A model generated the notes under the pieces. It saw nothing but the letters and a program-made list of their open reading frames with translations, ran no database searches and was not told the origin of the DNA. This document shows, piece after piece, positions 27,201 to 38,620 of a DNA stretch of 64,000 nucleotides. How positions within the stretch are numbered: the first letter of the stretch is position 1; each line of letters opens with the position of its first letter. The DNA comes from Octopus bimaculoides. Its lineage: Eukaryota. Location: contig NC_068985.1 in NCBI RefSeq assembly GCF_001194135.2, forward strand, positions 31,907,883-31,971,882, given 5' to 3'. The position numbers and the translations under genes are program-made.

Positions 27201-29383
27201 ATATGTATAGAGAAGGCCATTTATTTCAATCCTGGATAAGATTATGAAAGAGTAGCTAACAAAATTACTAAGTTCCAAATTATTTAAAACCATTTAAAAA
27301 TCAAAGATCCAGATAGCATTAAAACATATATCCCCCAAAATAAAACAAAATAAACTTACGGTTAACTGGGAGATTTTTCCATTTTGAACTGATTTCATCA
27401 GGGTACATTATAGGTCCTGTCATTTTTCCTAAATACTCTGAATCCAGTAGCCATTTGTTGGCTCCTCGGCTGGAATAAAAAGATTTATATAAAATGCCAG
27501 GATTTAATGAATTTAGGCAAATCAATAAAACTAACTCTAAAGTATACGAAATAACAAAATACTGATTAAAAAGTACTGCGCCCCATTGCGGTCATTTGCA
27601 CCCTTCACCGTCTCACTGCAAAGGTGTGCTTACAATCAGTCTCTTGTTTATTGGAGAAGGGATTTTCCCCCACCCAGCTAGGAGTGGGCACCAAATTGGG
27701 ATATGAAGCTGCCGCCCATGCTACCAGAGCCAATGCCAACTTGCCCTCCTTGCCACCCAAGGTCATCCTCAAACTTGACCTTAAGAATGCATTCAACTCC
27801 ATCAGCCGCAATGCTGTTGTCCTCAGTTCAGTAAGAGAGAAGGTCCCACAACTCTACCACATTGCATGGCAGGCTTATCTCCAACACTTTTCCTCTTGTA
27901 CATTGGTAAACTATTAGCTATGATTTCCAATGACACTCCTAAGTAAACAATACCACACTTTACTCTCTGCAGATATATGACATTAATATGCAATATAAAT
28001 TTCATTATCCAATATGCTAGAAAAGTTGCAGTTGTTTGTTTTGGCAGTTAATATTTAAGAGAACAAGTTAAAGAGTGGCGTTTTTTTTGTGAATGAACAG
28101 TTTATGCAGAATTACTGCACATCAAAGAAACAATCTTGTATTTCACAGTCTAGTTTTGATTAACATCCAATAGTAACTGCTGAAAGTCATTACAAACACC
28201 AATCTTTACAATCCAATTAACTTTTCGGCACTATCATGCTATTAGCTGTCAGAGCATGATAGTGCCAACTTTTCTATTAACCAGAGGATCATAACATAAC
28301 AAAATTCCGACTTCACAGTCTGAAACATATTTTTCAAAACAAATAGTTTACGGTTTGATTCATTTCGGTCTTTGTGCATGTGGCAACATGCAATAAAATT
28401 TAGAATTTATGATACACATTACTGGTAAGGACTACGGGACAAAATGGTCAGCTTGCAAAAGCAGTCTCATCACTCCGTTTATTCTATGGCTACAATGGCC
28501 AATATTCAGCAAAAGCAGTTAGCCGATACTACTTGCAAAGAAACCTACCCGCCCTCTATAGCCTGGATCTTCTAGACCCTGCACTAACCATATCGCCTAA
28601 TCCTTTATACCAGAATGTTAACCCTCACGAATTTCCTTCCCGCAATGATCGACTAAGAAATATTGAAACTAAACATTAGCTGTGCAAATCCCATTTGTCT
28701 CGGGGAGCCTGTGAAGGAGTCTAAGCCATAAAAACACAAAGAGAAACTGATAATAATTCTATTTCGATTAAGCATGTAAACATACATTCATTTTTACCAA
28801 ACTAAAAATAAATGAAAACATTATTTCAATCTAGAAATTAAGAACTAGTTGTGATTCATTTGTGGTTGAAATTCTGCACATAATTATTAAATTAGCCCAA
28901 AGTATTCAGTATCAGTTTCTAAACAAAATGCAATATAAATACCATTTGCTTAAATATGTATTGCCGATCTATCGCTTTTGGAATTTACAATCATTTTTGA
29001 AATGACCTCTCAAGGTGACAATTGTGATTGAAAAGCAAAATTTTAACTCTTGTATTCTCAGTTAAACTGAATCTAACTCTGTAGGAAAAATGATACGCAA
29101 TTAATTAAATGACAAGTCTTTAAGGGAAACATGAATTAACTAAGAATCAGTGAACAAAATTTTGTTTTGAAAGATAAGGGATAACGTGAGATAAGAACAA
29201 AATAAACAGGTCATATGTAATAAACTGACCACCCTTAAATGAGAATATTTTTAAATAAGCTAAAGCATGAAATACAATTTACCTAGAAACAAAAAGCGTC
29301 GGTGCATATCCAAGTATATTTTTCTTAGACAAAGATAAAATATTTGGGACAGTTGCCCTTAAAAGTCCTCCGATCACCGCCAT
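10882..29383 (-). CDS. NDUFS2: NADH:ubiquinone oxidoreductase 49 kDa core subunit, 14 coding exons, 466 aa
   Basis: Exons joined by hand: 29383-29283, 27469-27360, 25778-25669, 24464-24384, 24262-24142, 22855-22743, 21871-21797, 19920-19757, 19231-19112, 16765-16636, 14926-14831, 14723-14640, 13231-13174, 10919-10882. Total 1401 nt, open frame, all GT-AG. Hallmark motifs [58 protein letters not shown]. Confidence 0.97.
11915..12860 (-). mobile_element. RTE LINE 3' portion in NDUFS2 intron 13
   Basis: [19 protein letters not shown]...[13 protein letters not shown]; Cys/His finger remnant at 12750-12860; (CAT) tail at ~11920. Confidence 0.85.
13174..13231 (-). CDS. NDUFS2: NDUFS2 exon 13
   Basis: [19 protein letters not shown](G). 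Confidence 0.96.
14640..14723 (-). CDS. NDUFS2: NDUFS2 exon 12
   Basis: [28 protein letters not shown]. Confidence 0.97.
14831..14926 (-). CDS. NDUFS2: NDUFS2 exon 11
   Basis: [32 protein letters not shown]. Confidence 0.97.
16636..16765 (-). CDS. NDUFS2: NDUFS2 exon 10
   Basis: [43 protein letters not shown]. Confidence 0.97.
17081..18186 (-). mobile_element. piggyBac-type DNA transposon, internally deleted (contains gap)
   Basis: TTAA at 17077-17080 and 18187-18190; TIR ccctttcgttact / agtaacgaaaggg; acidic transposase-like N-terminus ([16 protein letters not shown]...[10 protein letters not shown]) in ORF 17923->. Confidence 0.8.
19112..19231 (-). CDS. NDUFS2: NDUFS2 exon 9
   Basis: [39 protein letters not shown](R). 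Confidence 0.97.
19757..19920 (-). CDS. NDUFS2: NDUFS2 exon 8
   Basis: [54 protein letters not shown]. Confidence 0.97.
20150..20850 (+). mobile_element. RTE LINE 3' end in NDUFS2 intron 7
   Basis: [21 protein letters not shown] and 3' UTR with tandem gccagt..aaaagcacc subrepeats. Confidence 0.85.
21797..21871 (-). CDS. NDUFS2: NDUFS2 exon 7
   Basis: [25 protein letters not shown]. Confidence 0.97.
22033..22245 (+). mobile_element. piggyBac-type MITE (~213 bp)
   Basis: Same ccctttcgttac TIR as 17081; ttaa left flank, ctaa right flank; second copy inverted at 30982-31200. Confidence 0.8.
22743..22855 (-). CDS. NDUFS2: NDUFS2 exon 6
   Basis: [37 protein letters not shown]. Confidence 0.97.
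22930..23850 (-). mobile_element. Decayed L2/CR1-group LINE RT C-terminus
   Basis: IPYTDDTT (YADDT-like) at ~23780 and degenerate LY...I.PIMEYCS..W block. Confidence 0.5.
24142..24262 (-). CDS. NDUFS2: NDUFS2 exon 5
   Basis: [40 protein letters not shown]. Confidence 0.97.
24384..24464 (-). CDS. NDUFS2: NDUFS2 exon 4
   Basis: [27 protein letters not shown]. Confidence 0.97.
25669..25778 (-). CDS. NDUFS2: NDUFS2 exon 3
   Basis: [36 protein letters not shown]; tttgcag / GTAAGT. Confidence 0.97.
25905..26575 (+). mobile_element. RTE LINE apurinic endonuclease (APE) fragment in NDUFS2 intron 2
   Basis: [27 protein letters not shown] motifs. Confidence 0.85.
27360..27469 (-). CDS. NDUFS2: NDUFS2 exon 2
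   Basis: (S)[36 protein letters not shown]; ttccag acceptor, GTAAGT donor. Confidence 0.92.
27573..27885 (+). mobile_element. CRE-clade-like non-LTR retrotransposon RT fragment in NDUFS2 intron 1
   Basis: [17 protein letters not shown]...[18 protein letters not shown]...[13 protein letters not shown]. Confidence 0.65.
28227..28266. mobile_element. 40-bp TIR mini-element with 8-bp target site duplication
   Basis: Perfect 14-bp TIR ggcactatcatgct/agcatgatagtgcc flanked by aacttttc at 28219-28226 and 28267-28274. Confidence 0.6.
29283..29383 (-). CDS. NDUFS2: NDUFS2 exon 1 (mitochondrial targeting peptide [33 protein letters not shown])
   Basis: ATG in caacATGG context; GTAAAT donor, phase 2, joins exon 2 in frame; basic/hydrophobic presequence without acidic residues. 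Confidence 0.85.
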
Positions 29384-29416
29384 GTTGACAGAGATGCTGG
29401 GAACTCCGAAATTTCT

Positions 29417-29426
29417 ACTTCCGGTT
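29417..29426 (-). promoter_or_regulatory. ETS/GABP-type site (CCGGAAGT) in the NDUFS2 proximal promoter/5' UTR
   Basis: acttccgg at 29417-29424, 34 nt upstream of the ATG; ETS/GABP (NRF-2) sites are typical of nuclear OXPHOS gene promoters. Confidence 0.5.
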
Positions 29427-30981
29427 CAGTCTGATCAACTCACATATATTTACCTCCCTTCATCTATTCATTATTTTTTTTCTCATATTTTGTCGATATT
29501 TAGCAGAAGTAACACAGTGACTCAAGGTCCGAGAGTTTCGTGCTCTGGCTCTTATCAAACTTTTCCTCATTATATAGATAGATACTTACTAATTGATTTT
29601 TTTATCACTCAGCATGCTTTAATTGATTTCTAACTTTAGCTTTCTTTTTGTTTCTCAGCTAAAATAAAGCTTGTAATAGGCTTTTATAATGAACTAATTC
29701 AACCTAGAAGGGGTTTTAAAGTTAATATTCTTCCAATAATTATTTTATGTATTTATTTTATCATCACCCTCCCCTTCAACCCGGAACCATGTGATTGGTA
29801 AGCAAGCTACTTTGCACCTGGGTGTCTTTGTGGGGTTTTTTCCATTTGTCTGTTTGTCCTCCACCACTGCTTGGCATCTGGTGTTGGTTTGTTTACATTT
29901 CTTTAGCAGCTTGGCAACAGAAACTGATAGAATAAGTATAAAGTTTTTTAAATAATTACTGGAGTTGATGTGTTCAATTAAACCCTTCAAGGCAGACCCT
30001 GCATAGCTGCAGTCCAATGATTAAACAAGTAAAAGAAAAGAGATAAAAAATAAAATTGGTAGGAAGCTAAATAATGTAAACTATCAGAGATAATCAACAT
30101 CAAATCACCTTGTCTACTTTTGCCAGTGTTGTGAGCAACAATTAATATCAAAGGGTTTACAAGATAAATTACTAATACATCTGATTGAAAAGTGAGCCAC
30201 TCAGTTACTTCTAAGAGAACAAAGACACCAACACTGATGACTAAAGCCAAAAAACTGACTGTATCTTTAGGAAAATAATTGACTCAATTAAAATCCATTA
30301 TTGACAATAAAGCAACCAAGTTGTCGTACAACAAAAACTTTGAGGAAACTGATGTAGTTTATCTCAAGTAACTACAAGCTCCCAAAAACCTTTGGAGAGA
30401 AAACATCAAATATGATTGGTCACCACTTTGGGAAAAGACAGCTGACTGAATCTTAAGAAGAATTAATGTTGAATAGAAGTCTGATGTTCACTACTACTAT
30501 GAAGTGAATTCCTTACTTGGACATCATCATTGTCATCATCATTTAATGTCCACTATCCATGCTGGCATCGGTTAGACAGTTTGACAGGATCTAGTTAGCT
30601 ACAGGGCTACATTGTGCTAAATCAGCTTTGGCATGGTTTCTGTGACTGCATACCTTTACTAACCCCAGTCAGTTTACCCCATCTACCACCACTTAGTCAG
30701 AAAGGTATTTCCCTCTCCCTTGCTTTTTTCCCCTTCCCTTTTGCTTGTCTTTTCCAATCTTGCAAGTTATTTGGCAACCTACTTAGTGCTGGAGACACAA
30801 AATAGCACCTAATGATTGTTTCTAATTTTGGCACAAGACCAGCAAGTTCAGGGACGTGGGGAAGTTGATTACATCAACCCCAAAAGGATGAAAGGCAAAG
30901 TTGATGCTGGTGGAATGTAAAGACAGATGAAATACTGCTAAGCATTTTTCCTGGTGTGCTAATGATTTTGCCAGCTTTCTG

Positions 30982-31200
30982 CCTTTCATTACCAACCTGG
31001 CTGAAACCAGCTCTGGCACTGAGTACAAATGTCTTGTTTTCATAAGTTTTGAATTAAAATCTTCTACCAAACCTTAGTCACAATTTATGTTCCTAACACT
31101 AGCTGAATGATAACTAAGTTAATTTACTAAATTCTTTGTTATATTTAAAGTAATTGAAAGAAACACGGAGCATCTCAAAATAAATACAGTAACGAAAGGG
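30982..31200 (-). mobile_element. piggyBac-type MITE, inverted copy of the 22033 element
   Basis: Reverse complement matches 22033-22245 along its length; ends in agtaacgaaaggg-TTAA. Confidence 0.8.
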
Positions 31201-33216
31201 TTAAACAGAGAGATAATATTGTTGTGAAAACATGTGATCTAACCAGTATGTCACTTCACCTGTCATTGGAGCCCCATGATTAGGCAGGGATTTTGTGTCA
31301 GCTGATGATCCCTGAAACTACATGCTTTACTGAATAAATATTATAAATTAGACAATCACAACTAAATCAAATGCCTTTTTTTATATAATGATATGGTTAC
31401 AATTGATTTTTATTATCTTCCTTTAAACAGAATAATAGAGTCTGACCTTTCTACTATAAAGCTATAATTATATTCTTGTGTGACTAAGCATTACAGGAAA
31501 TAAAACAATAAAGCAACAGGCTAGTGAAAAAAGTTAATTGGAGACAGCTTCCAAATATATTTCTCAAAATTGAAACAAATGCAGTTGTTCGCAATAGAAT
31601 TGAAATAAATGTTAAAATTATATCTTATAATGAGAAAATGTTATAATTACCAACACTATCATTTGAAAAGTTGATTGCTTAGAAAATATTAAGAAAGGAA
31701 TTGAAAATGGTTAGTTGCATTGGGTTAGTTGCATTCTTACTATTTATTCACCACAGAGTAATATATAGACTGTATGCAATATGATTAAATAGTATAAGAC
31801 AATGACAAAACCTATAAGATTATACTAGAAGACCAAATATATATTCTTACTTAGAACTCAGTTTCTGTATTAGATATGACATAACTTTTTCTTATTTGTC
31901 TTTAAAATAATATTAAATTTTACTGCTTTCTTCTTTCTCGACATTGAAATTTGAAAAATTAGATAAATGAATAAATAAATATAATGGTGTGTTTCTCAAA
32001 ATACACATTACAACAAACCAAATTCTTAAGTGAAGTATAAAGCTTAAAAGGCTTGTAAGGAAATCCTATATAACAAATGCATATATGCAAAAGTTATTTT
32101 ATATTTTATTTATAGAATTTACCTATTAATCAATCACATTATGGTTAATTAATAAAGTTAATCGATAAAAATACATATGATGACAAAAATCACAGTATTT
32201 CATATGGTTTGCAATTATAATTTATTTGATAATTCCTCAAAATAATTTTACTTCTCTTAACACACAGTACTGACTTTGGTTCTTGTTTGCTGATAATCAG
32301 AAGAGGATGTGGTGAAAATGTATGACTAAAGGTTGACCTTACTTAAAGACTTTAAGCTCGGACTATGTTTCAAGACTTGGTGCTAGTTCATAAAATTCAA
32401 AAGAAATGATATATATAGAACATTATGGCCCTTAGAATATGGAAAGCTACCTGGTCACCTTTTATTATCGTTGACTTAATGGAAGCTAAAATCTTTTTTC
32501 ATGGATTATTACTTTTAAAGATGATATAATGTTAGCATCTCGGGTAATTTTTTAGTATGCATTAAGATAGTTGTAGCTGTGCAATGTAGATGATAGCAAT
32601 GATAATATGACATTTATGCTATACAACTAACATTCAAATTCACCAAATTATGTTCAATACAGAGTGTTTCAGTGTCCTAAATGAATCTTTGTCAAACTTA
32701 CAAGCCAATTGAATGAAAAATACAGTTTTTACCTTTTCAGTTATAGTTTGAAATAGGAAGAGTGTACATATGACCTTTGTAAGTCTTTCCAGACTGGTGA
32801 TGGCGATGTGATTTATGATTAGCTTGCATTTATCTAGGTTGAATTCTGCAGGAAAGAAAATTAAAAAAACATGTACAGAGAATTGCAATTCTGAGGGAAA
32901 AACTTCTATTTTGAAACTTTGAAGATGAGTGCCTATAAGCGTGTTAAGTGGTAAATGAGATGGATGGTTCATAGCTTGATAGTTCAATGGAGTAGGAACC
33001 AATGTATTAACAATGCAAGGAACTGAGACAGGATAATGTATGTTGGTGGGTTATCATGACGATAGTATTGAGGCAGTGTCTGTGCAAATCAAATGGAACA
33101 AATACAACATATTTTTTGTTTGCTGCACCAATTTATCAGTTTATTACTTGCATGCACACATGTATATATATATATATATATATATATAATAATAATAATT
33201 AATAAATAAATAAATA

Positions 33217-33466
33217 AATGCGCCCTTTTAAAGCCTAGCCAGGCTCATGGGCCTGGTTTCCCGGTTTTTTCAATGGCGTATGTGTTCCACAGCTGGACGG
33301 GACACCAGTCCATTGCAGCGTTACTCATTTTTGCCAGCTGAGTGGACTGGAGCAACGTGAAATGAAGTGTTCTGCTCAAGAACACAACGTATCGCCCGAT
33401 CCAGGAATCGAAACCACAATCATATGATCATAGTGTTGACACCCTAATCACTAAGCCATGTGCCTC

Positions 33467-33470
<4 letters not shown>
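33217..33470 (-). mobile_element. tRNA-derived SINE, second family
   Basis: Head gtggaggcacatggcttagtgattaggg...ggtttcgattcc; related copies at 48100-48340 (+) and ~51130-51270 (-). Confidence 0.75.
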
Positions 33471-33507
<37 letters not shown>

Positions 33508-33989
33508 ATATATATATATATGTATATCACCTTCAGTTAAATTGGTAGATAGTGCCCAAATAGCTGTAGAATTAAAGAGCACACAATTGAAATAATACTA
33601 AATTGAATATAAGCTTGAAATAAAAGCAGGAAAAAGACACTAAAGTGAATTTGAATATGAATTTGAGATGAAAGAAAATATGTATTTATTGTGTGTGTAT
33701 GCGTGACAGAGGAGATTCACCTACACCTACACTTCAAGTTTGTTAAATTCAAATCACAAATCTACCAATTCAAGAACACTAGCACCACAATGAGATATGA
33801 TGATAATAAAAACAAATGGATAAATGAATAAATAATTCAAACCAACATCTAAGAACTGACAATATATAAAACATAACTATGAGAGATATTAGTGAAAAGG
33901 TCATTTGATGATCATTTCATGATTAAAGAATAGATATTTATAACCAAACAATAAAAAGTGAAAAACAAGTGAATAATGATGATGATGAT

Positions 33990-36900
33990 GGTGATGGTGA
34001 TAAAAAAAAAGGCAGAGGAACTCAGAAGAGTCAGTGGCCATTCCGAAAACGGGTAGACAAAACTCGTGAGCTTTGGTTGGCAGTCTGTCTAGGAGAAGGA
34101 ACATTCTGATTTAAAACTGGGGTAGAGAGGACTCCTTAGTCAGTGATGTCAACCTGTCAGTATCCAATGGCTCCATGTCTGAGATGAAGGCGAATGAACC
34201 AGGACTTAACTCTGGAGCAATATTTAGATGAAGATACGAGGCCAACTGACATTCACCTATCTCCTAATGAGATTCATGATCATGATACCCAACACACAGA
34301 AATGCAATGGGAACAGGCCCAACTTATGGGTAGTAAGAGCTCTGCAGTCTTAGTTGACAATCTTACTAGAGATGGTGTGTCAATAAAAATACTGGTTGGT
34401 GACTAACCTTAAAACATACCTCAATGTTGAGTGAAAATTTCTAATACAAATGTATCAAATAATGGTGTTAACGAGGCTGGAACCAAAGGTGAAAGCCTTT
34501 CGCCTAGCAGATGCCCTGTGGTTGAGCAGTGCAGGCTTGGTCTTCATCCAGAGACGCTTATACACAAAGCCAGAGGCAGAGAAGAAGGTGGGATAAGGAG
34601 GAAAACTGAATGGTAATTGAATGCTTGATCAGGGGTGAATCCAGTAGAAGGGGATTCCAACAATGTATGAAAGCAAAATGAAATGAAATAGGACTCCTTG
34701 AAATAAGTGAGCAATGGCTAGCCGACCAGGCAAGAGCAATAAGAGCAAAAGGGTGGTTAACAGACATGGAAATTGAAGAGATAAAAAGGAAAGTAAAAAA
34801 TACAAATAATACTTCACCAACAGATAATATTAGGTTGTCAAGAAAGTTCTTGCAGTTTTTAACCTTTAAATTCAGATGCACATATCTCGACTCAAACAAA
34901 ACTTTATTAATCGAAATAAACACCATCAGAATCAACACACTTTAACCAATGCGAAGCAAGTTTATTTATGCCAGTCATGTAAAAATCCTGCATTCTGGCA
35001 ATGAAGTCGTTGAAAGCGTGTTTGGCATCGTCTTGGTTTTTGAAGCATTTCTCACGCAGGACGTTGTCAAGATACTTGAAAAAGTGGCAGTCAGAGGTCT
35101 GGTGAGTAGGGTGGATGAGGCAGAGTTTCGTAGCCCAATTTGTTCAACTTCTGCAGGGTCAGTTGTGCGACGTGCGGCCTAGCATTGTCGTGGAGAAGAA
35201 TTGGTCCTTTTCTATTGACCAATGCTGGCTGTTGTTGTCGGAGTTTCTTATGCATTTCATCCATTTACTGACAGTACTTCTCCACCATAATGATTTCCCC
35301 TGGATCCAAAAAACTGTGATGGATGAGACCGGCCGCAGACCACCAAACAATCACCATGACCTTCTTTCAGTGCAACTTTGGCTTCAGGAAGTGCCATGGA
35401 GTTTCGTCTGTGTCCAACCACTGAGCTGAGCATTGTCGGTTGCCATAAAGAATCCACTTTTCATTGCAAGTCACAATCCGGTCGAGAAACAGGTCGTTCT
35501 TGTTGCATAAAAGAAGGGAAGATGACACTTCAAAACGGCGTTTTTTTAGTTGTCATTCAATTCATGCGGCACCCATTTCTCAAGTATTTTTGTTTCTCCA
35601 ATCTCTTTCAAGTGGTTAGAAATTGTCGTATATGTTACGTCTAATTCAAAAGCAAGCTCTCGAACAGTTGTGCATGGATTGGCTTCCACTAAGGCTCTTA
35701 GTTGATCGTTGTCAATATCCGATGGCTGACCACTACGCTTATCAAGTCTTCAAGACTCTCATCACTGCTACAAAATTTCTTGAACCACCATTGTGCTCTA
35801 CGTTCATTAGTGATTCCTGGGTCAAACACATTGTTGATATCGCGAGCTGTTTCAGCAGCTTTTCAGCCTAGCTTGAACTGGAATAAGAAAATTGTGCGAA
35901 TTTGCTTTTTGTCCATGTTGTATTCAATGTTCCGGAAAAAATGGCCTAATTGTTCAAAAAGAAAAAGAGTAACACGATTAGATAGAGCAGAAAACGGGCT
36001 TTAAAATGATATATAAAGTCAAAGTAATTTAACAAAAATTAATTTGAAAATATATCATTTAAAACCTAGATTAAAAATTCCACAAGAACTTTCTTGACAA
36101 CCTAATATACCCAGCAAGGACAGAGAAATGAATTGCGGCAGTGAAGACGTAGAGCAAAGTGTAAATGTAAATTCATTCTCAGCAAATGAAGCAGAAGTAA
36201 TGAGAAGAGCTATATCACAAGAATATGATGATGACCAACAAGACATAGTGCAGTTGCTATGCCGATATATTAGAGAAGACCAGGATCATGCATCCCTCAA
36301 TCTGCAGTACATTGATTGACATAAGTTGAAACCAAAAAGATAGATTTTGTCCTTGAGCTATTCCAGATGAGAAATATAACTGAAACTAACAAGATTATTT
36401 GGGCTGCAGATAGAGTTGGATACAAAAGAAAACAAACGGAACATAAAGAACCATACTGGCGTTGATGAATTTGTGGGAAACAAAGTTAAAAAGGAATTTA
36501 GGACAAGTTGATAGATTGAGTAAAGGGTAATTGCAGAGTGAAAGCATAAGAATAATGCTGGAAAGAACACATAGAATAAGAGATAAAGGGTATGAAGTGA
36601 TATTGGAAGAATTGAAACAAAGAGTAGTATTAATTAAAGCAAAACTGGAAAGATACAACAATAGAACAAAACAATTTTGGCAAAACAGATTATTTGAAGT
36701 AAATCAGAAGAGACTGTTTCAGGAACTAGATGGGCAATTACACATAACAATGAAACCAGATGCAGAGGAAAGCAGGGCATTCTGGGAAGGATCTGGGATC
36801 AACCTGTAGAGCATAATGTTGAAGCGGAGTGGCTGCATGAAATCCAAGATAGATTAAGAAATACAGAAGGCCAAGAAGACATAAAAATAACTACAGAAAT

Positions 36901-38620
36901 GATAAAAAAGCAGTTAAGAAAATTCCCAAATTAGAAGAGTCCAGGACTGGACAGGGTCCAGGGTTATTGGATGAAGAAGCTGAGAGGGCTCCATGAAAGG
37001 ATAGTGAAACAGCTAGATGAATGCTTGTAGGAAGGTACAGTACTCAGCTGGATGACAAAGGGGAAGACATTGTTATGTGCCAAGGATCCTGAAAAGGGAA
37101 GTGCTGCATCCAACTTTTGACCAATATCATGTCTTCCACTAATGTGGAAATTCATGTCAGGTTCTTTGGCCAGTGAACTGTATAGATACTTGGAAAAAAG
37201 CGGGCTGCTACCTATTGAACAGAAAGGGTGTCGAGAGAGGAGCTGGGGGATGAAGGATCAGCTCTTAATTGATAATCTAATCATCAGAAACTGCAAGAGA
37301 AGACACACAAACCTGAGCATAGCATGGGTTGACTATCAAAAGGCATACAGCATGATACCACACTCCTGGATTATAAGGACAATGGAAATGTATGGAGTAG
37401 CAGAAAATATGGAACAGCATGAAATGGTAGAGAATGGAATTGACAACAAGGAATCAAGTATTAGGAGAGGTGAAAATCAGGAAAGGAATCTTCCAGGGGG
37501 ACAGTGTGTCCCCACTGATCTTTGTGCTGGGAATGATCCCCATGAGTGAAATACTACAGAAAACAAAGTTGGGGTATGACTTGGGAAGAAGTAAGGGAAA
37601 ACTGAACTATTTGCTATTCATGGACAACTCAAAGCTGTTCGCAAAAAGTGAGGCAGAACAGGACAGCCTAGTCCAGTCTGTGCAGATTTTCTCCAATGAT
37701 ATTAAGATGGAATTTTGGCTCTCGAAATGTGTTACAATGATGATGAGACAAGGAAAGCTTGTCAGGATAGAAGACATACATTTGCCAAGTGGTGAGATGA
37801 TGTAGGTAATTCAACCTCAATCCAGCTATAAATACCAGGGAATACTTGAGGAAGATGGAATTAAACACAACAACATGAAGGAAAAGACAAAAAGAGAGTA
37901 CCTGCAGTGAGTGAGAAAAATACTGGCTTCAAAGCTGAATACCAGAAACATAATTTCAGCAATAAACTCACACGCAGTTGCAGTAGTTCGGCATGGCACT
38001 GGAATCCTGAAGTGAACACAGAAGAAGCTAAAGGAGATGGACAGGAAGTCAAGAAAACTCCTAATGATGCATGGAGTCCATCATCCACGTGCAGACACTG
38101 CCCATACATGAAGAGAGCAACTGGAGGGAGAGGCTGATAAGTGTGGAAGAGGACTGCACATATTGAACTCGAGAGCTTAACAAGATACCTAGCCCAATGT
38201 TAGGAAACCTTAAGAATGAGGACATATTGAAAGCAGAGGAAGAAGGAAAAACGAAGGAAGAAGTACAAAAAAGACACGAAGAAGAATTATGCAACAAGGG
38301 ACTACATGATCAATTCCATGTAGCCACAACAGAAGTTGCTGGAAAAAATAGGTGGGATTGGCTGATGAAAGAAATACTAAAAAAAGAGACTGAGAACACT
38401 ATACTGGCAGCACAAGACCAAGCATTGGCCATGAACTGGAGGGTCAACCTTTGGAATGAGCAAGTGTCTCCGCTGTGCCGCATCTGTAATAGAGTTGATG
38501 GAACCATTGCCCATATCACAAACGAATGCCTTAGATTTGCCCCAAACCACTACAAGTTGTGGTGGCATGATCAGGTAGTGAAAGTGCTACATTGGAAACT
38601 GTGCAAAAACTTCATCCCAC
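33990..38620 (+). mobile_element. R4/Dong-like non-LTR retrotransposon (RLE class), decayed, interrupted by a mariner and 3'-truncated
   Basis: N-terminal EISEQWLADQARAIRAKGWL; RT motifs [39 protein letters not shown]; CRIC...HITNEC knuckle; 5' boundary uncertain. Confidence 0.85.
34830..36105 (-). mobile_element. Full-length mariner transposon (1276 bp), transposase pseudogene 35916->34907
   Basis: TIR ttaggttgtcaagaaagttcttg / caagaactttcttgacaacctaa, TA on both sides; MDKKQIR start, [18 protein letters not shown] motifs; stops and frameshifts. Confidence 0.92.

Noticed and set aside
33990-34130. Possible HDV-like ribozyme in the 5' region of the R4/Dong-like element
   Set aside because: Some pairing is visible (GGTAGAC/GTCTGTC and a short hairpin), but I could not fit the P2-P3-L3 order by hand; it needs a descriptor search.
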